DNA from: Pontiella sp.
GTDB taxonomy: Bacteria > Verrucomicrobiota > Kiritimatiellia > Kiritimatiellales > Pontiellaceae
DNA: 64,000 nt
Direction: 5' to 3'
NCBI GenBank assembly: GCA_050290185.1
Contig: JBNKHE010000002.1
Coordinates: forward strand, 336,385 to 400,384
The notes under the pieces are model-generated. The model made no database searches, was not told where the DNA came from, and saw only the letters and a list, made by a program, of their open reading frames with translations. Below, piece by piece: positions 10,565-20,250 of this stretch (the stretch's first letter is position 1; every line of letters starts with the position of its first letter). The position numbers and the translations under genes were made by a program.

Positions 10565-10908
10565 CCATCGTCTTTGGCGTTAGTCCCGTGCGATTTCCAT
10601 TCATCGATACGCGTTAGAATCCAAAGTGAAACCCCTGAACGATAGGCCGCACGGGCGATCATGTGCGCCGCCACGGGTGCCGTTAGTAGAAAGAACGCAA
10701 TCACGACCACGCCCTTCGAGGTCACCGAGATCGTGTTGAAATGGATCATCATGCCGATGGTAATGGCGCTCACGCCCACGGTGCCGGTCTTGGTGGCGGC
10801 ATGCATGCGAGTGAACAGGTCGGGCATGCGCAACACGCCGGCTGCGGCAATCAGCGTAAGAATTCCTCCTAGAAGCAGAAACAGACATGTCAGAATTTCC
10901 CGGATCAT
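10561..10908 (-). CDS. mnhG: Mrp Na+/H+ antiporter subunit G
   Basis: 'GVLRMPDLFTRMHAATK', 'LTAPVAAHMIARAAY'; start at MIREIL overlaps the mnhF stop. Confidence 0.92.
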   Translation of the reverse strand: MIREILTCLFLLLGGILTLIAAAGVLRMPDLFTRMHAATKTGTVGVSAITIGMMIHFNTISVTSKGVVVIAFFLLTAPVAAHMIARAAYRSGVSLWILTRIDEWKSHGTNAKDDG

Positions 10909-11177
10909 TGCGCACCGCCTTTCTGGATATAGATCGCGAGCGATACCGTCCCGACAAACGAAAGCAACGCAATGCTGATGGCCGCCGGTATGTAGTAGAA
11001 GGAACCTGACTCCACGCAATGCGTTAGGATCAGCGCCACGACGATAGTGGACGACATGTCCAGCGCAATCACCCGGTCGGCCAAGGTAGGTCCGATGGCG
11101 ACGCGCACAAACGTGGCAATCAATGCAACGAGCAACAGCAGCAAAATGATAGGGCAAACGAATTCAACCATGTCCAT
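10905..11177 (-). CDS. mnhF: Mrp antiporter subunit F
   Basis: 'RVAIGPTLADRVIALD', 'ALLSFVGTV'; start overlaps the mnhE stop (TAATG). Confidence 0.92.
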   Translation of the reverse strand: MDMVEFVCPIILLLLLVALIATFVRVAIGPTLADRVIALDMSSTIVVALILTHCVESGSFYYIPAAISIALLSFVGTVSLAIYIQKGGAQ

Positions 11178-11653
11178 TACCTCAGCAATTCCAGTAAGCG
11201 GCGTTCCAGTCCGTCCTTGATTTCCTTGCGCAAATCGTCGGGATTGACGACATACATGGCGTGGATATACAGCGTTTTTCGGTCCGGCGACACATCGAGG
11301 CTCAAGGTGCCGGGCGTGAGCGAAATAATGTTGGCCAACATGGTGATTTCCAGATCGGTCTTGGCATCGAGGGGAATGCCTATCACCCCTGGCCGCATCA
11401 GCGGCAACGGCTTGACCACATCCTGCGCAACGCGCCACGTCGATGCCAGCAGTTCCTTGGTGAAGACGAGAATGAAGATGATCAGTTGTAGTGATTTCTG
11501 GAAGTACGATGTCTTCAGCTCGGTCGCCGGATAAAGCACCGCGAGCGACAGATAGCCCAGCACAAAACCAACGCCGAGATTTCCCACGGAAACGTATCCC
11601 GTGAGCAACGCCCAAAACATCGAAAGCAGCACATTGGTCAGGAACAGACTCAT
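11177..11653 (-). CDS. mnhE: Mrp antiporter subunit E
   Basis: 'PGVIGIPLD', 'LANIISLTPGTLSLDVS', 'LYIHAM'. Confidence 0.93.
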   Translation of the reverse strand: MSLFLTNVLLSMFWALLTGYVSVGNLGVGFVLGYLSLAVLYPATELKTSYFQKSLQLIIFILVFTKELLASTWRVAQDVVKPLPLMRPGVIGIPLDAKTDLEITMLANIISLTPGTLSLDVSPDRKTLYIHAMYVVNPDDLRKEIKDGLERRLLELLR

Positions 11654-13152
11654 GGATTGCCACCTCCCAATACAGCCTGGATATAGCCGGATGGATTCAT
11701 GAGTTGCTCCGCGGCAACTTCCGAAATATCGAACACCGCCCCCGCCAGAAAACCGATCGCCACCGTTATGGCAGCAAGTACCATCATCGGCGACAAAAAG
11801 CCACGCCAGCGGGACACGGTCATCCCATGGCAGTCCGGCAAGGCGTCAGGAGCCGCCTTCCAGAATGCGTTGGCCCATATCTTCGTCATGGAGAAAAGGG
11901 TCAACAGACTGACGATCAAGGCAACCGAAACGATCATCCACGACTGTGCCTGAAGGCCGGCAATCACCAAGATCAGCTTGGCGAAGAACCCGGAGAGCGG
12001 TGGGACACCGGCTAGCGACATCGCGGGAATCATGAACAGGATGGCTAGGCCGGGGCGCTCCTTGTAGAGCCCCCCAAGCACGTTGAGATCATAGCTGCCC
12101 TTCAGCCGTTTCACCGCGCCGGCCACCAGAAACAGATTGGTTTTCACGACAATATGGTGGATCAGATAGAAGATGGTTCCCGTCAGGGCCAGCTTGGTGA
12201 AAAGCCCGAGTCCCATCACCATGTATCCAATCTGGCTGACGATGTGGAAAGAGAGTATTCGGCGGATTTCGTGTTGCGAGGCGGCACCCAGCACACCGCA
12301 AAGCATCGTTAGCCCGGCCCCGATCAAGATCAACTCATGCAGAAATTCAGGATCGTTGCAGAAAATGAGCGTAAAGACGCGAACGAGCGCATAGACGCCC
12401 ACCTTGGTCAATAGACCGGCAAAGAGGGCGGACACGGAGGCCGGCGGCGTTGGATAGCTGGCCGGCAACCATGAAAACAGCGGGAACATGCCGGCCTTGA
12501 TTCCAAATGCCATCATGAACATAACCGCCGTCATCGTGACGAGGCCACCCCCGTCCCCTTCCCGGACCACCACCGCAAGCTGGGCCATGTTGAGCGTGCC
12601 GGCCATGCCATACAGAATGCCGACGCCGGCCAGGAACAGTGCCGATGAAAGGAGGTTGAGTGCGACGTATTTGATCGAACCGGCCATCTGCGCTTTTTCA
12701 CCACCAAGGGCGAGCAGAATGAACGATGCGGTCAGCAGTACTTCAAACCACACATACATGTTGAAGAGGTCGCCCGTCACAAAGGCGCCATTCACGCCCA
12801 TCATCATGATCAGGCAGAGCGGATAGAAGCCGAAGCGGATGCGCGGCTGGTCGAGATCGAAGCAGGCGTAGATGGAAACCGACAAGGCCATCAAACCTCC
12901 AAGCACCAGCATGATGCTCGACAGGGTATCCACCGCCATGGTGATGCCGAACGGCGCCTCCCAGTTGCCCAGGTTCATCACTGCCACATGGCCTGAACGG
13001 GTATGGCCCAGCAGGACCAAGGCGATGGCGAGCATCAGGGCCGAGGTCGAGATGCCGATTACCTGTTGCAGGCGCAGGCTTCGGCGAAACAGCATGCAGA
13101 GGATGCCGCCGGCCAGGGGAACCAGAATGGGGAGCACCGGGAGGAGATTCAT
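11650..13152 (-). CDS. mnhD: Mrp antiporter subunit D
   Basis: 'GNWEAPFGI', '[13 protein letters not shown]', '[13 protein letters not shown]', '[10 protein letters not shown]'. Confidence 0.95.
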   Translation of the reverse strand: MNLLPVLPILVPLAGGILCMLFRRSLRLQQVIGISTSALMLAIALVLLGHTRSGHVAVMNLGNWEAPFGITMAVDTLSSIMLVLGGLMALSVSIYACFDLDQPRIRFGFYPLCLIMMMGVNGAFVTGDLFNMYVWFEVLLTASFILLALGGEKAQMAGSIKYVALNLLSSALFLAGVGILYGMAGTLNMAQLAVVVREGDGGGLVTMTAVMFMMAFGIKAGMFPLFSWLPASYPTPPASVSALFAGLLTKVGVYALVRVFTLIFCNDPEFLHELILIGAGLTMLCGVLGAASQHEIRRILSFHIVSQIGYMVMGLGLFTKLALTGTIFYLIHHIVVKTNLFLVAGAVKRLKGSYDLNVLGGLYKERPGLAILFMIPAMSLAGVPPLSGFFAKLILVIAGLQAQSWMIVSVALIVSLLTLFSMTKIWANAFWKAAPDALPDCHGMTVSRWRGFLSPMMVLAAITVAIGFLAGAVFDISEVAAEQLMNPSGYIQAVLGGGNP

Positions 13153-13496
13153 TCGTCATCCTCCTTAAGGGCGTCCAGGTCGTCGGTTCCGACCGTTTCA
13201 TAGGTGCGGAGAAACAGGACCAGTGCAAAGGCCGTAACCGCAAAACTAATAACAATGGCCGTCAGGATCAACGCCTGCGGCAGCGGATCGGAAGGCTGGC
13301 TCGCCAACACCATATCCCCTTCCGGAATGATTGGCGGCTCACCCTTTCGTAGCCCCCCCGCCGTGAAGATCAGGAGATTGGCTCCATGGCTCAGCAAACC
13401 CAGTCCAATAATGAGCTGAACCAGGTTGCGGCGCATCATCATATAGAGGCCGCCGGTGTAGAGGGTGCCGATTACGATGGCAAGGAGCACTTCCAT
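13149..13496 (-). CDS. mnhC: Mrp antiporter subunit C
   Basis: 'HGANLLIF', '[17 protein letters not shown]'; start at MEVLL. Confidence 0.93.
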   Translation of the reverse strand: MEVLLAIVIGTLYTGGLYMMMRRNLVQLIIGLGLLSHGANLLIFTAGGLRKGEPPIIPEGDMVLASQPSDPLPQALILTAIVISFAVTAFALVLFLRTYETVGTDDLDALKEDDE

Positions 13497-13909
13497 TATT
13501 CCTCCTCCCCCAGTCCAAACACCAGTGTGAGCAAAACGCCGAGCACCACGAAATAAACGCCGAAATCGAAGATAGTGGGTGTGCCGATGTGCAGTTCCGC
13601 ACCGAGCAGGTGCACATCCCACCACTCGCCGGTCAGGAAGGGATGGCCCAGCAACAAAGCCGGCAATCCGCTGCATAGCGCAATCGCCAATCCAACAGCC
13701 GTCACGTCGCGTGGGTCGTAACGCAGCAGCAACCGCGCGGAAGGAACGCCGTTGGCCAGCGCATAAAGCGAGAAAGCCGATCCGGCAAAAAGCCCCCCAA
13801 CGAATCCGCCGCCGGGAAAGTGGTGGCCGCGCAACAGGACATAGACCGAAAAAACCAGTAGCGGCGGGAACATGTAGCGGGTGGCCGTGCGGAGAATCAT
13901 CGAACTCAT
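13496..13909 (-). CDS. mnhB: Mrp antiporter subunit B
   Basis: '[15 protein letters not shown]', '[10 protein letters not shown]'. Confidence 0.93.
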   Translation of the reverse strand: MSSMILRTATRYMFPPLLVFSVYVLLRGHHFPGGGFVGGLFAGSAFSLYALANGVPSARLLLRYDPRDVTAVGLAIALCSGLPALLLGHPFLTGEWWDVHLLGAELHIGTPTIFDFGVYFVVLGVLLTLVFGLGEEE

Positions 13910-16200
13910 GCTTCGTCCTCCTTCTTGCGGGGACGTAGTTTTAAGAGGGCGTAGGCCCCCATGGCGGCAATGGTCATTACCGTGATTTCCCCGAGGGTGT
14001 CGAACCCGCGGAAATCGACCAGGATCACATTAACGATATTACGTCCATGCGCCTCTGTATAGCTGCTTTCCAGATAGTAGTCGGAGACCGGCGTGGGGTT
14101 TTGTACGACGAGCGCGGCCAGCACGAGCATCGTTACCACCACGCCTGCGGATATGGACACCGCCAGATCGATGAGGCGGGTGCGCTTGGTGGATGCATTG
14201 GTGAACTGCGGGAGATGATAGAACGCCAACGCCAGCAGAATCACGGTTAACGTCTCGATCACCAACTGGGTCATGGCCAAATCGGGTGCCCCGTAGAACG
14301 TAAACAGCAGCGCCATACCGAATCCCACCGTGCCCATGCAGAGAATCGATCGAAGCCGCGACTTGGAATATACGGTCGCAAAGGCGGCAGCGATCATGAG
14401 GAGACTGACCAACAATACCGGAATTGACAAAGCCGACAGCCCTTCGATCCGCTCAAGGCCTCCGACACGGAAAAAGGCCATGGCAACCAACAGCGTAGAA
14501 GTGATGACCGCATAGCGTATGTAGTGCCGCAACGTTCCGGTTTGGATTTTCCGCGTCTGCCACGCCGCAAACCGGAGGGTTGCATTCAGGAGCGTTTCAT
14601 AGACCGCATCCGGCCCGAAACGTCCGAGTCCGGACAGCCGACCGCCCAGACGAACGAACCGCGGCCGCAACAGGTAGCACACGCAACCGATCGCCAGTGT
14701 AACGAGGCTGATCATGAGATATTTATTGAAGCCGGCCCAAAGATGCAAATGGACGTGCTGTTCTTCGGCGGTCACCGCCGCAGCGACAGGCTCGATGAGC
14801 GAATGGCCAACGGTTCCGCAAACAAAAGCCAATACCAGCGAGCCTACGCCGAGTACCATCGGCCCCATGCGCATCGACCACGGCATTTCGTGGGCGTGCA
14901 GTTCTGCCGGGCGCGTTCCCGCAAACGGTTTCAAACCCACTGAGAAGCCGACAAGCACATAGGCCGCGCCTCCGATCACCGTCGCAACGATCAGGGCCGG
15001 ATGATGCCCCAGTGCATGCAACCAGGTTTCCTTCGCCACGAAACCGAAAAACGGAGGGAAACCACCCATCGACAAACCGGCAAGCAACGCACATGCAAAC
15101 GATACCGGCATGGCATGGCGCAGGCCGCCGAGCTTATCGACCGAGGTTTCGCCGCCGGTTTCATGCGTAATGCCGCCGGCGACCAGGAAAAGCGTGGCTT
15201 TGTAGAAGGCGTGCGCCAGAATGAATGCGGCCATAGCCTTGATGGTTTCCTCGGTCCCAATCCCCAGCAGCATCACCATCGCCCCGAGGGCGGAGACTGT
15301 GCTGTAGGCCAGAAGGCGCTTCAGCACATGCTGCCCCAGCGCCATGATCGCGCCGAGCAGAAATGTTGTCGTTCCAATCACAGTCAGAATCCAGTGCCAC
15401 TCTTCCGCACCACCAAGCGCGGGATGCAGGCGGGCCAGCAAATACACGCCGGCCTTCACCATGGTGGAGGAGTGCAGATAGGCGCTCGCTGGAGTCGGTG
15501 CTTGCATGGCATTCGGCAACCAGAAATGGAAGGGAAACTGCGCCGATTTGGTGAAGGCACCGATGCAGACCAGTATAAGGATCGGCAAGTAGTGCGCATG
15601 CGCCTTCAGTTCCGCCCCGCGCTGAACCAGTTCCGATAACCTCCATGTGCCGGCCGCCTGCGCCATGAGGATGAATCCCGCCAAGAGAAACAGGCCGCCC
15701 AACACCGTGACCAGCATGGATTGCAGCGCCGCTTTGCGTGCCGCTTCACTTTCGTGGTTGAATCCGATCAGCAGATACGAGGTAAGGCTGGTCAGTTCCC
15801 AGAAAATAAAAACAAGCAACAGGTTATCAGCCAGCACCACGCCCAGCATGGAGGCCATGAAGGCGACGATATACATCATGAAACGGCCCTGCTGCGGGTG
15901 GCCCTTGAAGTATCCTTGCGTATACAAAACAATCAATGCACCGATTCCGCTGATCAAAAACGCAAACAGCAAAGATAAGCCATCCAGTCGGAATGCGGCC
16001 TCCAACCCCAGTCCGCGCACCCATTCGAAACGCTGCTCAACCGGATGGCCGTGCATGACCCCCGGCAGTTGAATAAGCAACCAGACAAAAAAAACCAGCG
16101 GCACCATGACCAGCACATTTCCGGTATGCCGGGGGAGCCGTCGGTGAATCCAAGGGGCGAGCACAGCGGCAAGAAAACAGATGGTAAGCAAACCGAGCAT
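13906..16200 (-). CDS. mnhA: Mrp antiporter subunit A
   Basis: '[15 protein letters not shown]', '[30 protein letters not shown]', '[18 protein letters not shown]'; ATG 16200 follows AAGGA. Confidence 0.96.
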   Translation of the reverse strand: MLGLLTICFLAAVLAPWIHRRLPRHTGNVLVMVPLVFFVWLLIQLPGVMHGHPVEQRFEWVRGLGLEAAFRLDGLSLLFAFLISGIGALIVLYTQGYFKGHPQQGRFMMYIVAFMASMLGVVLADNLLLVFIFWELTSLTSYLLIGFNHESEAARKAALQSMLVTVLGGLFLLAGFILMAQAAGTWRLSELVQRGAELKAHAHYLPILILVCIGAFTKSAQFPFHFWLPNAMQAPTPASAYLHSSTMVKAGVYLLARLHPALGGAEEWHWILTVIGTTTFLLGAIMALGQHVLKRLLAYSTVSALGAMVMLLGIGTEETIKAMAAFILAHAFYKATLFLVAGGITHETGGETSVDKLGGLRHAMPVSFACALLAGLSMGGFPPFFGFVAKETWLHALGHHPALIVATVIGGAAYVLVGFSVGLKPFAGTRPAELHAHEMPWSMRMGPMVLGVGSLVLAFVCGTVGHSLIEPVAAAVTAEEQHVHLHLWAGFNKYLMISLVTLAIGCVCYLLRPRFVRLGGRLSGLGRFGPDAVYETLLNATLRFAAWQTRKIQTGTLRHYIRYAVITSTLLVAMAFFRVGGLERIEGLSALSIPVLLVSLLMIAAAFATVYSKSRLRSILCMGTVGFGMALLFTFYGAPDLAMTQLVIETLTVILLALAFYHLPQFTNASTKRTRLIDLAVSISAGVVVTMLVLAALVVQNPTPVSDYYLESSYTEAHGRNIVNVILVDFRGFDTLGEITVMTIAAMGAYALLKLRPRKKEDEA

Positions 16201-16624
16201 AGATCCTTGTCCGTCAGGCAAATCGTATATACCTGGTGTTAAGCATATTATGAATATTTTTCCGCATTAAAAATACGTAGCCCCATACGTCTTTGAATTC
16301 TGCTCCTGATTGGTTTCCAGGGGTTAAAACACCCCCCTATCCAACTGTATAGGCCATTCCAGCGCCTGTCAGCGGAATGAAATCAGATCCCGTCATGAGG
16401 GGCAAGACACAAGGTGACAAATACGCACATATTATGATCGTCTTTCTTGAGTACTGTTTTTTGAGTGGGAGATATTAACAAGACCCCTGTAAACATTGGT
16501 TTTTTATCCTTTTTTAAATTTGCCATCCCCCCCTTAATCCCCTAGAAATTCTCAATCGCTGAGCCGATACGGAGTCGGACAGTTATAGTTGGAAATAACC
16601 CGGAAACACTGAGGAGTATATACC

Positions 16625-16903
16625 ATGGGAAAACCTATGACCAAATCGCAGATCATTGCAGCAGTCGCCGAGAAGGCTGACATTTCCAAGGCTCAGGCCA
16701 AGGACGCCCTTGAAGGACTCTCTGAACTCGCATATGAAGGCGCAGCAGACGGATTCACCATTCCTGGAATCGGCAAGCTCGTAAAGGTTGACCGCGCTGC
16801 CCGTATGGGTCGCAACCCGGCTACCGGCGAAACCATCCAGATCCCGGCCAAGACCGTCCTCAAGTTCCGCATCGCAAAGGCTGCCAAAGACGCCGTACTG
16901 TAA
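16625..16903 (+). CDS. hup: HU family DNA-binding protein
   Basis: 'MTKSQII', 'ARMGRNPATGETIQIPAK..LKF'; GAGGAG RBS. Confidence 0.95.
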   Translation: MGKPMTKSQIIAAVAEKADISKAQAKDALEGLSELAYEGAADGFTIPGIGKLVKVDRAARMGRNPATGETIQIPAKTVLKFRIAKAAKDAVL

Positions 16904-16925
16904 TATACGCGATTGGCGATTGTTG

Positions 16926-16957
16926 AACCGTCCTGCCCGTCGGGACGGTTGTTTTTT
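16926..16957 (+). terminator. Rho-independent terminator
   Basis: aaccgtcc...ggacggtt stem and T-tract right after the HU gene. Confidence 0.75.
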
Positions 16958-16960
16958 ACT

Positions 16961-17143
16961 ATGAAATACATCGATAAGATTTTCTATCTGGCCACCATAG
17001 CGGCAGTATTGACGCTCTGCGGATGCGCCACGCCCAACGACGGCTATACTGACGAAGAGGAATATTCCAGCATGCCATGGAATACGCCCCAAAGCTGGGA
17101 AGCAGGGCCAAGCCTTCCCGGTCTCTCCGGCCCCGGCTACTAA
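16961..17143 (+). CDS. Small lipoprotein, unknown function
   Basis: 'MKYIDKIFYLATIAAVLTLCGC' lipobox-like signal; C-terminal 'SMPWNTPQSWE.GP'. Confidence 0.7.
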   Translation: MKYIDKIFYLATIAAVLTLCGCATPNDGYTDEEEYSSMPWNTPQSWEAGPSLPGLSGPGY

Positions 17144-17158
17144 ATTCGACCCATTTCC

Positions 17159-17183
17159 AAACCCGCTGAACAGCGGGTTTTTT
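17159..17183 (+). terminator. Rho-independent terminator
   Basis: aaacccgctg-aa-cagcgggttt followed by ttt. Confidence 0.8.
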
Positions 17184-17265
17184 ATTACCCCGGCCGCAAA
17201 TATACTTTCCATTCTCCCCGCAGTCTGGGAAATTGCGTTTTTCTTATCCAAGAGGACTTTGGAAC

Positions 17266-18543
17266 GTGGCGAAATTCATTATACAGGGCGGCAAACCGAT
17301 CGGCGGAACATTCCACCCACGCGGCAACAAGAATGCGGTTTTGCCCATGCTGGCCGCCTGTGTATTGACCGATCAGCCCGTGGTACTCCACAACGTTCCG
17401 CTTATTAACGACGTCAAGGTCATGCTCCAGCTGCTCGAAAGCATTGGAGTTCAAGTATCTCTGAAAGATCACACGGTCACCCTCTGCGCAAAAGGCATTC
17501 AAACCACCGAGCTGGACAAGGCCCTTTGCGCCAAAGTCCGCACCTCCATCCTGCTGGCAGGGCCCATGACCGCCCGGCATGGCGGGGCAACGATCTATCC
17601 GCCGGGCGGCGACGTGATTGGCCGGAGGCGGCTCGACACCCACTTCTACGGACTGCGCTCCCTCGGAGTGGAAATCTCCACCGACGAGGCGTACCGGTTC
17701 AAAGCGGGCCCCCTAAGCGCCTGGAAAATGGTTTTCGACGAGGCCAGTGTGACCGCCACGGAAAACGTCTTGATGGCGGCAACTCTTGCGAAAGGCACAT
17801 CCACGATCTACAACGCCGCCTGTGAACCGCATGTACAGGATCTCGCCCACCTGCTTAACAAAATGGGCGCAGATATCTCGGGCATTGAAACCAATAATTT
17901 GACCATCCATGGGGTAGAAAAGCTACATGGAACCGAATACACCGTACAGCCGGACTACATCGAAGTTGGAAGCTATATCGCAGCATCAGTCGTGACGGGC
18001 GGACAACTGACCATTCCCAACGCAGGGGATCCGCTGACCCTGCAGGTCATGCAACGTGCTTTCTCGAAACTGGGTGTAGACTGGACCCGGGATGGCCGCA
18101 CGTTGGTTGTTCCGCAACAACCAACCCGTTGCATTCGGCCGGATGAAGGCAACGCCACCCCAAAAATTGAAGATGGAATCTGGCCAGCCTTCCCTTCGGA
18201 TCTGATGAGCGTCTGCATCGTGCTCGCCACGCAGACCCAGGGCACCGCGCTGTTTTTCGAGAAAATGTTCGAAAGCCGCATGTATTTCGTCGACCACCTC
18301 ATGGCGATGGGTGCCAATATTATCCAGTGCGATCCCCACCGCGTCGTCGTCATCGGCCCCACCCAATTACGCGGAAGCATGCTCACCAGTCCCGACATCC
18401 GGGCCGGCATGGCCATGCTCATCGCCGCCTGCTGCGCCGAAGGCGAAAGCGTCATCAAGAACGCCCAGGTGATTGACCGTGGATATGAAGCAATTGAGGA
18501 TAGACTTGCCGCGCTCGGTGCGGATATTGTGCGTATTGATTAG
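17266..18543 (+). CDS. murA: UDP-N-acetylglucosamine 1-carboxyvinyltransferase (Asp-type active-site loop)
   Basis: 'GNKNAVLP', 'PGGDVIGRRRLDTH', 'SVTATEN', 'NAACEPHV', 'DIRAG', 'IDRGYE'; GTG start after GAGG. Confidence 0.95.
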   Translation: MAKFIIQGGKPIGGTFHPRGNKNAVLPMLAACVLTDQPVVLHNVPLINDVKVMLQLLESIGVQVSLKDHTVTLCAKGIQTTELDKALCAKVRTSILLAGPMTARHGGATIYPPGGDVIGRRRLDTHFYGLRSLGVEISTDEAYRFKAGPLSAWKMVFDEASVTATENVLMAATLAKGTSTIYNAACEPHVQDLAHLLNKMGADISGIETNNLTIHGVEKLHGTEYTVQPDYIEVGSYIAASVVTGGQLTIPNAGDPLTLQVMQRAFSKLGVDWTRDGRTLVVPQQPTRCIRPDEGNATPKIEDGIWPAFPSDLMSVCIVLATQTQGTALFFEKMFESRMYFVDHLMAMGANIIQCDPHRVVVIGPTQLRGSMLTSPDIRAGMAMLIAACCAEGESVIKNAQVIDRGYEAIEDRLAALGADIVRID

Positions 18544-18570
18544 TAATCCGATCAGGAAGGAAGCAATTAG

Positions 18571-19179
18571 ATGGCATTTCCAAAGACATTCTACCGTTGG
18601 CGCCCACACCCGTGGCATGGCCTCGAAGCAGGCGAAGACCTTCCAGGGACCGTCAACGCCTACATCGAAATGACCCCGTTCGACGCCGTGAAATACGAAG
18701 TGGACAAAACCACCGGCTACCTGCGCGTCGACCGTCCCCAGCTGACCTCCTCGATGACCCCCACCCTGTACGGCTTCATTCCGCAAACCTACTGCGCGGG
18801 TCACGTCCAGGAACTGTCTCCCACCTCCAAATGTGGCGACGGCGACCCGCTCGATATCTGCGTCATCACCGAGCGCGCCATCAACCGCGGCGAGGTCATC
18901 CTCAAGGCCCGCGTCATCGGCGGCATCCAGATGGTCGACAACGGCGAAGCCGACGACAAGATCATCGCCGTGCTCGACAACGACCAGTTCTGGAAGACTG
19001 CCCACGACATCGACGACATTCCGCCGGCCCTTCTCGAGCGCCTGCGCCACTATTTCGCCACCTACAAGCTCGTCCCCGGACAACCTTCGGATGTTCACAT
19101 CGAAAAGATCTACAACCGGGAACACGCGCTCGCCGTCATCGAAGCCTCGCTGGAAGACTATACCGAGCAATACGGCTAA
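18571..19179 (+). CDS. ppa: Family I soluble inorganic pyrophosphatase
   Basis: 'HPWHG', 'KYEVDK..G.L.VDR', 'YGFIPQTY', 'DGDPLDICV', 'D.GEADDKIIAV'. Confidence 0.95.
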   Translation: MAFPKTFYRWRPHPWHGLEAGEDLPGTVNAYIEMTPFDAVKYEVDKTTGYLRVDRPQLTSSMTPTLYGFIPQTYCAGHVQELSPTSKCGDGDPLDICVITERAINRGEVILKARVIGGIQMVDNGEADDKIIAVLDNDQFWKTAHDIDDIPPALLERLRHYFATYKLVPGQPSDVHIEKIYNREHALAVIEASLEDYTEQYG

Positions 19180-19180
19180 C

Positions 19181-19244
19181 GTAGAAGCGACACCCTCGTC
19201 GCTTTATGCCCAAAAAGGTAAATGCGGCGAGACGTCGCGTTTAC
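19181..19244. repeat. Inverted pair of GTAG-type REP-like palindromes
   Basis: GTAGAAGCGACACCCTCGTCGCTT (19181-19204) and an inverted degenerate copy reading GTAAACGCGACGTCTCGCCGCATT on the - strand (19221-19244). Confidence 0.65.
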
Positions 19245-19671
19245 GCTTTTTTTGTGCAACCAGCGCCAAACCACAGAGACAAACCAACCCCGTATTCCGA
19301 AGCAGGTTAATCCAGCTCATCGGCTGGTCCGCCGCCCCATGGCCAAAACAGCCGCACCCAAAGCTGGAACCGCGCCACAGATTGATGGCGATGGCTCCAG
19401 TGAAAAGGATCAACAAGACCAGCACGATCCACAGCGATGCAACCCGGTAGCGCGGAGCAAAAAGCAGGCACAGGGCACAGACCGCTTCCAGCCAAGGGAA
19501 ATAGAGCGCCGCGATGTTCACCAGAAAGCCCGGCAGCAGATGGAAGCGGTAGACCGACACCGCAAAGTCGGCCGGATACAGAATTTTCTGATACCCCGAG
19601 AGCAAAACTCCCGCAACGATAAGCGAGGCGATCCAGTAAGCCAGCCGATAGGTTTTCTGTTCACGCGTCAC
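19204..19671 (-). CDS. MauE/DoxX family membrane protein
   Basis: 'KILYPADFA..V..F.LLP', 'PWLE', 'CGCFG', 'LLRN'; GTG start overlaps the upstream gene's stop. Confidence 0.88.
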   Translation of the reverse strand: MTREQKTYRLAYWIASLIVAGVLLSGYQKILYPADFAVSVYRFHLLPGFLVNIAALYFPWLEAVCALCLLFAPRYRVASLWIVLVLLILFTGAIAINLWRGSSFGCGCFGHGAADQPMSWINLLRNTGLVCLCGLALVAQKKRKRDVSPHLPFWA

Positions 19672-20177
19672 GGTTCCACCCCTTGTTCCGCAGGTGTTTC
19701 GCCGGCGCCCCGCTCGACTGGCCCGTCCTGTTTTTGCCAAAGCTCAAAGCCGTCTACAAAAAGCACCAGATTGCTGTATCCCATGGACTGAAGCTCAGAG
19801 GCCAGCAGCAACGCGTCGTCGCATTCGCGGCTGGAGCAGTAGACCACCAGCTCCTTCCCGGAATCGATCAATTCGGCAACGGCGGAAAAGTATTCGTCAA
19901 AGGATTCGAACGGAACCGATACCGCGCCGGCCACATGCCCCGCTGCAAAGTCGGAGGAGGAACGGGCATCAACAAACACCGACTGTCCGGTCTTGAACCT
20001 CTCCAATGCAACCGACAGCGGGATCGCCTTGATCTTCTTGCTTGCCGCTTTCGCTTCCACCTGGTGCGACCAATCCTGCACCCACGGAATTTTCCGGGGA
20101 TGCACACTGTTCGCCACCAACGCAACCACCCCGCTCACCAGCAGGATGACTCCAATGCGTTTGAGGGTCATATTCAC
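19668..20177 (-). CDS. Membrane-anchored rhodanese-like domain protein
   Basis: 'FVDAR...F.AGH.AGA.S.P', 'VVYCSSRECDDA', 'LF.DGF..W'. Confidence 0.88.
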   Translation of the reverse strand: MNMTLKRIGVILLVSGVVALVANSVHPRKIPWVQDWSHQVEAKAASKKIKAIPLSVALERFKTGQSVFVDARSSSDFAAGHVAGAVSVPFESFDEYFSAVAELIDSGKELVVYCSSRECDDALLLASELQSMGYSNLVLFVDGFELWQKQDGPVERGAGETPAEQGVEP

Positions 20178-20183
20178 ACGGTC

Positions 20184-20246
20184 ACCACGAAGAACACGAA
20201 GCTCACGAAGAGGTACTTTCTTCCCGTTCTTCGTGACCTTCGTGGT
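20184..20246. repeat. Palindromic element built from 9-nt periodic units, immediately downstream of gyrA
   Basis: accacgaag-aacacgaag-ctcacgaag ... cttcgtgac-cttcgtggt. Confidence 0.7.
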
Positions 20247-20250
20247 TCAT

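Noticed and set aside
10561..13676. Long N-terminal extensions of the mnhG, mnhF and mnhC ORFs in the ORF track
   Set aside because: They overlap upstream mnh genes; internal starts coupled to the preceding stop codons give canonical subunit sizes.
16222..16624. Possible cation-sensing riboswitch upstream of mnhA
   Set aside because: The gap is long, but I could not match any riboswitch consensus by eye; an Rfam/Infernal scan would be needed.
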